Below are positions 13,901-25,900 of a DNA stretch of 64,000 bases, in pieces. The position numbers were made by a program, and so were the translations under genes. How positions within the stretch are numbered: position 1 is the first letter of the stretch; each line of letters begins with the position of its first letter. The notes under the pieces are model-generated. The model was not told the DNA's origin. It did no database searches and saw nothing but the letters and a program-made list of their open reading frames with translations. Source of the DNA: Carcharhinus longimanus (lineage: Eukaryota); contig JASCQW010000072.1 in the NCBI GenBank assembly GCA_030264375.1, forward strand, positions 106,429,782-106,493,781. The letters are read 5' to 3'.

Positions 13901-16900
13901 AAGAGCTGCAGAGTCGTTTGCTTGAGTGGCAAGAAATGGTTTCTGAATCGGCACGGGGCCAGGCCAAAGAGGAGAGAGCTGTCATGGAATTAAGGATGAC
14001 ACAAATTGAGGAAGAAAGAGAAGGTAAATTACACAATTCTGTTGTTGAACCATTTATATATTTTACTATGAGCAGTTTAATAGATTTGAGTGAGTGTTGC
14101 AATTCAGTTGCATTTAAGGGTCTAGCTTCTTCTATTAATTCCGATTGAGGTGTAGAATGTTTGTGGTTATTTGAACCAGACCTTGTATTTTGACAACTAC
14201 AGGACAAAGCATTTAATACATCAGCTGTTCCTATGTAAAGTTTTCGAATCCTTTCAACCTCAGCATAGGATTTGCTAACTGTGTTTGGACATATTTCTGA
14301 AGGTTTCATTGCATAACATCCCACCCCAAAGCTCCTCCATTGGTTGTCCTCCAACACATCAACCCTCTCAGTATTCGCTATTTCCCAACAATTAGAGAAG
14401 GAATATGCTCTTCTCTGCCTGATTGTATGCTTCCTGACACAGTTCAATGGCCTGTTTTTCCCCATCCCCACAACATTTTTATGACTCAAATGCAAATGTT
14501 CAAGGGAAAAAACACTTTATTTAATGCTACTTTGACTTTTCTTTTATGTTGCTCGTAGCCATGTCTTGGCAATTTATCTTTAATTCTAGGAGATACCGGG
14601 ACAGGGTTGGAAAGTTGGTAGCTCTATTCTAGAGGTGCATTGCAGTACCTGCTATAATAAGATACAGCCTATAAAACAAACCTGAGAGGTGCATTGCAGT
14701 ACCAGCTAATCAGATACTGCTTATAAGATGATGAAAAGAAACATGTTAAACGTTAGTGAGAAAATTCTTCAATCAGACTTTAGAACGCAATAAGGGTGAC
14801 CTTAAAGGATCTGAACAAGATCCATTATTATTCTCGTTTGATGTGTGATTGAGCTTGATGCTGCACCGTCTGCTAATAGCCATCTATTTGTCTGTCCCCA
14901 TAATATGCCCTACATTTAGTAGAACCCATTTGCTTTTAATAATTCTTGACTGAGGGATATTTATACCTATATAGTATTAATAAAGGAATAAAGCTTAATG
15001 GCTGAAAAAGTGGCATGATTTATGCTCTGCCATTAAGAGACTGCATTTACACTGTAACTATTGCTTGGGTCTGATCCAACTTGAGAGCACAGAGGGATAA
15101 AACTCCCTGCATGGGAGAGGCTGGCTTTGCTTAGCTCTGGTGCCTGGTCAGGCTCTGTTTTCTCTTTTAATTAAAGCTTTTAAATGTTGATGCAAGTTGT
15201 ACTTTAAAGTGCTGTTGAATTGGGTGGTGAGAACACTTGGGAGTATGCTACAAGTAGAACTACTCAAATTACTTAGATCCTTTGAATCATAGTCATTTGA
15301 ACCTGAAGAATGCATTGGTCTGAACACATGTTTTTTTCCCACTATTTGCTGCTTTATAGATATTATTATGTCTTGCCCACCAATTCTGTGCCTATGAAGA
15401 TTGCTGCCATTGTGACTGCAAATGCTCCATTAATGCACAACATTGTGATATGAAGCCAGTGCTGTCATGGATTAATTTACTATAAAATATAGTTTTACTG
15501 AGAATTAATTTCACCAATCTGTTTTAGATTTTGTCACTTAGGGATATATTTTATCATGAAACACAGCTATTATCAGTTACTTGTCTTGTATAAAATGATA
15601 TCAGCTCCAGCTACACATTGCTAGGTGCAGCAGCCTCCATTTATACATTGCAGGAACCATCTGTGCTAATTAAACCTCATTTATATAGTTTAGATGGACT
15701 CACTACAGCTTAACTAGTGAAAAAATATATATTTTACAACTTCAGTTCCATTTGCAAGTTCCACAATCAGATTTCAGCGCAAGGCTCCAAACTTTAAACT
15801 GAAGGAACATAAGACAATACAAATGTTAATTGTTGACCATCTCATTTCAAACTGAGATACTTTTGCTATTTCTTCAAATGCCATTATTGCCCAGCAAGCC
15901 ATTCCCAACTTAATGACGTTGAATTAGAATCATAGAGTCATAGAGGTTGACAGCATGGAAACAGGCCCTTTGGCTCAACTTGTCCATGCTGCCATTCTGG
16001 TAAGTAAGGTTCTATTGTGTTAAATACAAAATTCTGACAAAAATACACTTAAATGATGAATTTGCATGAATATTTAAATAAACTCTGATCATAGTTATTG
16101 ATCATATTAGCATTGACTGTGCTTTCTGGTGAGAGGTTTCCAATCATTTGCACTTTTGGAATAGTGATTTTTTTTTACGTTGAGTCATTGAGGATTCAGC
16201 ACCTTTCATACTGCGAATGCCATTTTTGTCCATTGAAAATGCACAATTAGCATTGTCCATAAATCTGTATTGCTAAACGTTAGCAGTTGATGTGGGTGCA
16301 ATATTAAAGTAAAAGTTTATTTATTGGTCACGAGTAAGGCTTACTAGGGAAAAAATATATATATTTTACAACCTTAGTTCCATTTGCAAGTTCCACAGTC
16401 AGATTTCAGTGCAAGGCTGCCAAACTTTAAACTGCAGTGAAGTTACTGTGAAATTCCCCTAGTTGCACAGTCCAGTGCTTGCTCAGGTCAATGCACATAA
16501 CCAGCACGTCTTACAGAATGTGGGAGAAAACTGGAGCACCTGGCGGAAACCCACGCAGATACGGGGAGAACGTGCAAACTCCACACAGACAGTGATCCAA
16601 GCCAGGAGTTGAGCCCGTGTCCCTGGCGCTGTGAAGCAGCAGTGCTAACCACTGTGCCGCCCACAGTTAATGGGGTAGAGAATATATTTGAGTTTTCACA
16701 AGTTTTGGAAACCAAATAAGAGATGTGCAATCAAAGGATTAGCTTAAATTTTCCCACAACTGTTTTAGACTGAAAAGTGGCATTATTGGATAGAAACCTG
16801 CCCATAACATTAACTTGTCTGATGCTTCTTTGCTTACTTTTTAAGTTGGATTTTTTTTTGCCTCTGTTTCAAATATATCCATGGTGATGTGATATAAAAA

Positions 16901-19900
16901 CTCTTGACTTCTGTGGATGTGTTTCTGAAATAGATATGAAAAGATCTGTGTTTTAATTTGAGGAAAATTGCTGAGTAGTTCCCTTTCAGTTAAGCATGAC
17001 TTTGTTATTTCTTTTTCTCTACCGTTTCCCTGATGAGCACTCAGCGATTCCATCCACTTCCCCCTCCACTGCTCATGCAATTGTGATTTGGCCAGCCATA
17101 AAGAGCTTAGTTTCCCATCAGTTTTGTGCATGCAGGTTCATGTCACCATGTCCTGTGCAGTGCACTGCAGATTATTTCTAGCCTTCAGAACTCTTACCTG
17201 GAAATCATCAGCAGTGCACTCGAGAAGCTGTTGTGCTGTGACGTAATTATTTTTTTAAAATTGAACGCTTGCTGCTCAGAAATGCTGAAGAGATGGTTTC
17301 TGATTGATCCTTTCTACCTTCATATGGAGGCCTTTGCCATTTCATGACAAATGAATGTTTGGCCTAAATTTGTATGAGATCATCTTGAGTTTTGTTGCTG
17401 TATTTAATTGTTCCCTTTGTTGCTTTGCATGCTGAAGACAAGTTTGTTTCAATTAAGTAGGATATGTTTACAGTGCTCATTCTAAAAATCGCAAAATAGA
17501 TGGGACTGTTCCTTTTGCCAGAAAAAGTTTGCATTAATATTTGTAAGTGAATTAGATAACAGGTGTATTTGTGTCCATTTTATATCCCACTCTCCCAATA
17601 ACTATGGTATTCAGCTAATTACTACTCTTTGAAGTAGTCTTTCAGAACTAATCTTTCAGAAAGTCAAAAATCCCTTTGTTACTGACAATGATTACTCTTC
17701 AGGCTGATCTGTCTGTGTTCATATGCCAGTGACAATTATCCTGAGTGGTTTCCCCAAGGTAGAATTAATATTTCTTTGAATTGGAGATAGATAATTCTCA
17801 CCAAATTTCGAAAGGTTGTGATATGATATTAATAACAGATGGGAATATTGAACCTAAAACTTCATTTATGTACTGTGAATGCTGGAACCCTGAAATAAAA
17901 AAGAAAATGCTGGAAAAAACTGCTTGATAACTTCTCATAAGAACTGGAAATGGTTATAGGTGTAACAGGTTTTAACATGTTCAGAGGCAGGAACAGATGT
18001 GGAAAAACAAAAGATAAGATCTTTGATAGGAAAGAAGGCAGGAGCGATTAGATGGAAATTGAAGAATGAAGGGGCAGTCGTGGACAAGTAAAGAAACAAA
18101 AGCAGAGAATGCTGGTAAAACGCAGCAAGTCTGGCAGCATCTGTAAGGAGAGAAATGCAGTTCATATTTTGCGTCCTTTTGGCTCTTTGTCAGAACTGAA
18201 GGGAGGGAGAATGTATTAGATGTCGAATTGTAGTTGTTAGAGATTGCAACTTTAAGAACAAAAGACAGATGATCTGGATAAAAGCAAATTACTGAGGATG
18301 CTGGAATTTGAAACCGAAAGAGAAAACGCTGAAAAATTTCAGCAGGTTTGGCAGCATCCGTAAAGAGAGAAAGGAGTCCAGACAACCCTTTGTCAAAGCT
18401 CACGGACTGGCGAAGGGGCAGAGAAGGGCAGGTTGCGCTGAGGCATTGCATGTAAGGAAAATTTTAAACAAGGTTGAACTAATAATAGCAGAATCAGCTG
18501 CCTCTTGAAAGAAAATGGGAGCAGTGAAGTTGTTGAGTCCAGAAGACTGTAAAGTGCCTAATTGCAGATAAGATGCTGTTCCTCATGCTTATGCTGAGCT
18601 TTGCTGGAACGGCGTAGAAGGCAGAGTCTAAGTGGGGCAGAGAATTAAAATGACAGGCCACCAGAAGCTTGAGGACGGGTTTTTGCAAAGTGACCACCCA
18701 ATCCACTTTGGTATCACCAGTGATTGCACTGGGAGCAGCAATCAGAGTCCTCTAAATTAACATGAATTGCAAGTATATTGCTTGTTTCATCTGAAAATAA
18801 TGTTTGGGGCCCGGATGTTATGAAGAGATGATGTGGAACGAGAGCTGTTGTATTTCCTGGACTTGAATGAAAGGTGTTGTTGGAAAGAGACAGCAGTTGG
18901 GGATGATGGTTGAGGTTCATGGAGTTCCTTCAGAATGTTGAAAGAAGTTGGAGCGAAAGCTGTGTTTGGTGATGGTGTCAAGCTAGAAGTGAGAGCAATG
19001 GTAGAGGATGATCTGTTGAATGTGGTGGGTGGAAGATGAGGAGTCCATTGTGGGAGAGAGGAGCATGTGTGAGATCAGAAGTGTGGGAAATGGAATGGAC
19101 TTGGTCAAGGCCACTGGTCACCATGGAGGAATTGAATTCTCTGTTGAATGGGAAGGAAAACATTTCAGAAGCATGAGTATTGATGGTGCATCAGGACAGA
19201 TGCAATAGAGATGGAAAAACTGGGAAAATAAGGTAGAATCCTTTCAGGAAGCAGGGTGTGAGGAAGTGTAGTCATCTGAGTCAGTCGTCTTCATGATTTT
19301 ATGCTTGATAAATGAAAAGCAACAAGTTTTTATTTAGTAATTTCATTGTATTTTCTACTTTAGGCAATAAGGTAGATGTGAACCGGCAGTTAAAGGCAAA
19401 TTTGATTAGGAAGTTGCCTTTTTCGACTATGAAGTCTGAGAAATGATGAGATGTTCAACCAAAAACATTTCCTCTATTATTTTGAGGGAATTTGTTTTCG
19501 TTTTACTTGAAAGTAAAAGATTTCCCAATGCCAGACATCAGTGAACAAACTGATGTGGTGTGTAACTTGCTGCCAGCTTCTTTCAGTGTCATTGTGTGGC
19601 TCACTCAGCAATGCTTCACTTCTGCCTCCCACTTGATAAACTCCCTTGGTTTGAGATAATCATGAATGGTTCAGTGTGTTCCACATTATTCAACAGCGCA
19701 GTTATTGAGATTTTAAACTTAAGCTAAAGCTGTTGAGGATGCAGCAAAATTACATGCAGATATACAAACTAAGGTATACTTATTCGGAATCAAATACAAA
19801 CCATACAACTAAAATAAGTACGAACATTGGATAGCGCTGCTATAGTTTTGAAACCTACAGCAGTGCATAAATCAGTTTTAGTACTACTTGTTCCTAGAAT

Positions 19901-22900
19901 ACCCAGTGTGAGTTCAAAACAAAAATTAATTTTACAAAGTGTGAATTCAGCCTTGTTATTTGAAAACTTTAGGAATTAATATATCAGCAGTCTATGCAGT
20001 ATGCTAACACAACTGAAACTGAAGCCATCATTTTACTTTGGGGAAGTCACAAGGTAGTGATAAAGTCACTTCGATCTAATCAGTGTGTGGTGTGTGTATG
20101 GATGTCTGTGTTCACGCTGTCTGTCTGAATGACTTGTCTTCCTGTGGCACAAAACTGATTGAGGATGACTGGTTCTTTCCTGGCTGCTCTGATCCAGCTT
20201 TGGTCTCAGGACAGCAGGAGCTGGAGGAGGAACTGGTGCAACTTCGAAGACTAGGACAGCGCCAAGAAAGGAAGAAACACACCACAGATGGCCAAAAGCT
20301 TGGGGTATGTAATGAGGCTGATTTCTATCTTTTATGTGAAGTTTTATCCACAACATTGCACTATGTGGTTGTATTTTACTTTTAAGCTTTGCAAATATTA
20401 AGTACGGTTGTAGTCATTTTGAAAAGGTAGATGTTAACTGACATCTGCTAAAGTGAAATGTCTGTAATTAATTTTTAGTGCTTTATTCTAAGTAAGAATC
20501 AGTTGAGTTGTCTGATACAATAGCAAGGAGTTTTCAATTCTGTTTCTAACATACCTTAAGAATAATTTTGGAAGTGCTCTGCAGAATTTACATTGTAGAT
20601 AGGATTTAATAATAGAGGCCACTGCCAGCGAGAATGGTGAAATTGATGCTCAGCCAAATCTCCGTTCACTGCAGAGGGACTGGAGATTCCTAGCTGCAGG
20701 CAAGGTCGGAGAATTCCAGCCAGTAATTCTGTCAATCTTGCTCCTATCTGTGCAAATATACAGATAGTTCAATCAGTGATAGGTGCGAGCACAATGGGCC
20801 ACATGGCCGCCTCCTCTACTGTATCATTCTGTGAAGCTATCAGATTTCAATCATAGTTCCCCAGCTTGCACTGAAACCAGGCAATGAGTGCATTATCCAA
20901 ATAAATCAAGATGTGGAGATGCCAGCATTGTACTAGGGTGGGCACAGTAAGAAGACCCTCAACATCAGGTTAAAGCCCAACAGGTCATTTGGAATCACAA
21001 GCTTTTGGAGCACTGCTCCTTCATCAGGTGAGTGGAGAGTTGGGTTCACAAACAGGGCATACATAGACAGAGACACAATTGCAAGATAATGGTTGGAATG
21101 CGAGTCTTTACATGTAATCAGATCTTTACAGGTATAGACAATGCGAGTGGAGAGAGGGATAATCAAAGGTTAATCCCTCTGTCCATTCGCATTGTCTGTA
21201 CTTATAAAGACTTGATTACCTGTAAAGACTCGCATTCCAACCATTATCTTGCAATTGTGTCTCTGTCTGTATCTGCCCTGTTTGTGAATCCAACTCTCCA
21301 CTCACCTGATCAAGGAGCAGCGCTCCAAAAGCTCGTGTTAACAGATAAACCTGTTTGGTAAATAAATATGTATTACAGTTCTGAAGCTGGAGATCTGTTT
21401 TATTTTATGTTGATTTATTTTTAACTGAGGAACTACAATTAGATGGTTGAAAATGTTTACAATCCAGTGTCTGACAACCAAATAAAGTGACATTGACAAT
21501 TGTTTTGTAATTTGTGTCTACAAACAAGTAAATGCGATGTTGTTCTATTTTCAGGGTGACTATGAATATGATGAGAAACAGCATTTTGAAGAATCGAGCG
21601 TTAGTGTGGATAGCACTGATAACACCGAAGGGGAGAACTTGGGAGGTTTGTGGCCAGAGTACAGTTCCCATCATACAGGTGTGATACCCACTGGACAGGT
21701 TATTGAAAGCATGCACAACCTACCAATTTTGTGGTGCTTTTGAACTTCACAGCTTTTGTATACATAACTCGTTTTGTTTATTGGCACATTCTAACCTCAG
21801 TCAGCATTGTTTGGATTTTTGTTTTCTCCCCCGCTGTAAAATTATACCATTGAAATAAATTGACGTCCATAATATAAAAAGCATGAGCATGCTCGATGAA
21901 CTGGCTGGCTTTCCTTCCAGGGTATCATCTGACCCAGTATTTAAATCTTCAGGGACCCCACTGGTGTCTTAACTGCAAAGTTACATGACAAGGGAGTGGA
22001 GAATTAATCCAAAAAGCTGACTATTCCCAACTTCCTTTGCGATCTGGTGCAAAATTAGTTGTCTAAAATATATTGTGAAACTAATGGTATAGTTGGCTAT
22101 TTTGCAAACCAGAGCAGCTAAAGTAAAGGTTAAGGATTGTAGCTAACAAGTTAAGTTGTAGCACAATTAACATTACAAACATGCTGCTCATGGTGCATCA
22201 TCACTGTAGCTGTAAGTTATTAAGCTGCAAATAGTTTAAAGTATTTTTTTTAAAGTTTATTTATTAGTGTCACAAGTAGGCTTACATTAACACTGCAATG
22301 AAGTTACTGTGAAAATCCCTAGTTTGTTTAATGTACTCTACATTCTAACCCAGGTGATATGCAAGCCTGCTCACGATATAGTAAAAGCAAAATGCTGCGG
22401 ATGCTGGAATCTGAAACAAAAACTGAAAATGCTGGAAAATCCCAGCAGGTCTGACAGCATCTGTGGAGGGAGAATGGAATTAACATTTTGACTCTAGATG
22501 AAGGGTCATCCAGATGCAAAACGTTGGCTCTATTTTCTCCCCACAGATGCTGTCAGACCTGCAGAGATTTTCCAGCATTTTCTGTTTTTTGCTCACAATG
22601 TGACCCAAGTGTAGTAATGCAAGCCTGCACACATTCTGACCCAGATGTCATTACAAATCTGTAAATGTCAGGTGACAGTATCCCCCTTTGGCAAGGGTTT
22701 AAAATGGACTGGAGTGGACATCAATGATTGTTTAGATTGCAATTATTGACATAGAATTGGTAGGGTGTTTAACAAATTTTCAAGTATAATGGAATTCCCA
22801 TTATTGTGGTTAGCTGTTTCCCTCTAGCATTGCTTGAAGACAAAAAAATGTCTTTAATTTGCTGTTTTCTCTGTTTCACGCTTGTGTTTTTGACTTTTTT

Positions 22901-25900
22901 GTTTCCCTCTCACTCACACACACAGACACACACATATACATACATATATACACACACACGCACGCACGCACAATGCCTGTAACCATTAAAGTTTAATATA
23001 TTTTCTTTCCTGTTTTTGATATTTTTGGTGAAAATGGTGTACTAGGGAAGGAGGTGGCAAGGGATGGATTTCTCTGATCTTTTTCCTTTCCATTCCCCCC
23101 CTATCTACCATACTCACTAACACAACACCATTAAAATTCATGTTTGCTCACTTAATGCATAATTGGTCTAGTTATTCAACTGCCCTGATCATCCAAAGCA
23201 ATGTTGCTAGTTCATTCCCTTTCCTAAGTCATTCTGTTAGAACCTGAGGGTAAGCACAGTTGAAAGTCCTCTGTACTGTCCTCTATTTTCATGCTAAATG
23301 TGAGAAGGTTACATATTTGCTCAGTTACCTCCGTCTTTTTCTTTTCTTTCTTAAACAGGTTCAACCCTCATCCTTGCCTTGGTCTTTATCACTTTATATC
23401 ATCTTCATCGCACATATCAGCTAGATAGTCAATATCTTTTTCCAAAGGTAGGGGAGCCTAAAACTAGAGGATATAGGTTTAAGGTGAGAGGGGAGAGATA
23501 CAAAAGGGCCAAGAGGGGCAAATTTTTCACACTTAGGGTGGTGAGTGTCTGGAACAAGCTGCCAGCTGTAGTAGTAAAGGTGGATACAGTTTTGTCTTTT
23601 AAAAGTTACATGGGTAAGATGGGCATAGAGGGATATGGGCCAAACGCGGGCATTTGGGACTAGCGGTTAAAAACAAAGGGGTGGCATGGATAAGTTGGGC
23701 TGAAAGGTCTGTTTCCATGCTGTAAACGTCTGTGACACCTAGGATTCTCTCCAAGCCCATCCCCTCATCAGGAAACTATTCCTGCTTGGCCCAATGCCAG
23801 CAGTGGCTCTATCTTCTGACTGCCCTTCCCCTTCCTTCATCATCAGTAATGCCAAAATCATTCCTCTCCGCAAAAAAAAACCTGAATCTTGTCCTTCAGT
23901 CGTTCGTTGTCACTTCCTCCTATGGTCTGATATGGATTGTTGTTCCCCAACTCCGTATCCTTTTTTCCCTCATTACTCCTGCCACTACTCTTGATTCATT
24001 TTCCTTTATTTCTGAATTCTGCTTATCCCCTGCTCTGCTTTTGACTCTGTCTGATTTCCTCTCCAATGGCACTTTTTTCTCTTGATCTTTTTTGTTTCTG
24101 TCTAATCATTCACTCCCATCATCTCTCTCCGCTTTCCCTCTTTAAGAGGAGATGATGGTGTTTCTGAAATCCAGGATTTTGAGAGCTTTTTGCATGTAGT
24201 GTGCAGCATGAGACAGTTACATTGGAGTGATATGGCTAGTGTCATGTCAAAATTTGCACTTATATCTGGCTTGCATATTTCTGTGTTCATAGAATGTGTG
24301 AAGCAAAGTTGAGGTTGTAGAATATCTAACTTAAAATCATTTAGCTCATGAGCATAATATAGAATATTCAAAAACAAATAGACGGATTTTGCTCTCATTG
24401 GCAAGCCAACAGCACCAGCTGTCCGTTACACTTGGGCTTGCTCACAGGTTTACTTGAGAATTTTTTTATGATGGTTTTTAAGATTTTGACCTGCGTGAGC
24501 AGGACAAACAACAAGTCAGAATAAAGACCATTAATGAGCAGTGCAGAGTTTGAAACACAAAGTCTCAGAATATTTACTTCAATGTCAAATCAGGAACAGA
24601 GAGAGGAGTAAGAGAGAGAGAGAGAGAGAGATTGAAGACAAAAAGAAAATAAAAACATTTTTAAATCTCCAACAATATGTAAAATCTGAAGGGATGAGAT
24701 TCAGTGGCAGAGAAATTGTTTGGCAGTAATTAAAAGTGATCATGTTGCTAAAAAATTTATCTGCACTGGAATGAAAAAGCCTTTTTTGACCTGTTTAGTG
24801 GGTATCCATCATGTTAAGTTCTGCAATTTCATGCTCTTCCCTGTGCATTAATGCCGTGTCTGGGTGCGTTACTGGTATAGCATGACTTCTGGAGCATCAG
24901 GGCAATTCGAACAGCAACTTCTTGATTTTCACATTTAATTGCACATGTGCAATTGTCAGAAGTTGTGGTCCAATTAATGCTTTAACAATGGTGAGTGCTG
25001 ATAGCCTTGCCGTTAGTTCTGCAGCAAAATCCGGCCCAAAGTTTTTGATTAAAAATAGCTTGAGAAAGAGAATATATCCATATTTATTAGTCTTTTTAAT
25101 AAATTCTATTCAGTTTAGTTTTTATTACCACAAGTTTTGAAATAACAGAGTTATAATTATACAGGATTGAGGGCAGTTGTTGAGGAACTAGAACTGGAGC
25201 GGAACAGACTACAGGAGCAAATCCTGGTGTTGGAGGAGCGTTGTCAGGACTTGGAAGACAAAGCACAGCTCCGTACCAGAGTAGAGTTCCACCAGGTAAG
25301 GATGTGAAGGGTGTGCACTTTCCAGTTTCATGAGTAGCTTGATGTCAGGCAATTATTGTAATGATACGGCCAAGTATGCAACATAAAAGTTGTTTGATAA
25401 ATATAAACTAGAAAAAAAAGCTTTTGAGCTCATTAGCAAATAATATTCTACAACGTTTGGTAATAATGGTTCGTTACGTGTTTGGTCACATTGGTAGTAT
25501 TTTATATCAATCTTTATAATAAATCGTGTGTGATGTGTTTTTTTTTGAAGAAATTTATTACTGCATCACTCGATTATAAAATTGTTGACCTAAACAGGCT
25601 GATTAAATGAATTTTTCTTTCAATTCTGTTTGGAGAATTAACCTATTTGGAAGCCGTGACCAGCAGAACAGTTGAATAATCCCTGTCTCCTGTTTATCTA
25701 CAGAGATGGAGTTGTAACTTTTCTGCATGCCGATGCCATTTCATATTGTCTTATAAGTGTCTCATCGGGATGTAAAGTCCAACTCAAAACTTTTGGATTA
25801 ATCCCCAAGGTTGACCTTTTGAATCTTGTTAAACCTTTGATCATGAAACTGTGAAAATACTTAAATTCAAGGATCTTGTAACAAGGCCTTCTAATACAGG

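Noticed and set aside
14631-14726. Short direct repeats as a CRISPR-like array
   Set aside because: Only two degenerate copies in a vertebrate intron, with no unique spacers or cas genes
16990-17350. Non-repetitive intronic block with TGATGA, TGCATG, TGACGTAA and a short MLKRWF ORF (snoRNA, extra exon or internal promoter)
   Set aside because: No phase-compatible exon or convincing C/D terminal stem found; the motifs are short enough to arise by chance. A conservation check would be needed.
20933-21361. Mirror-image ORFs sharing IPLS(T/I)RIV...HYLAIVSLS on both strands
   Set aside because: A consequence of the inverted repeat, not protein-coding genes
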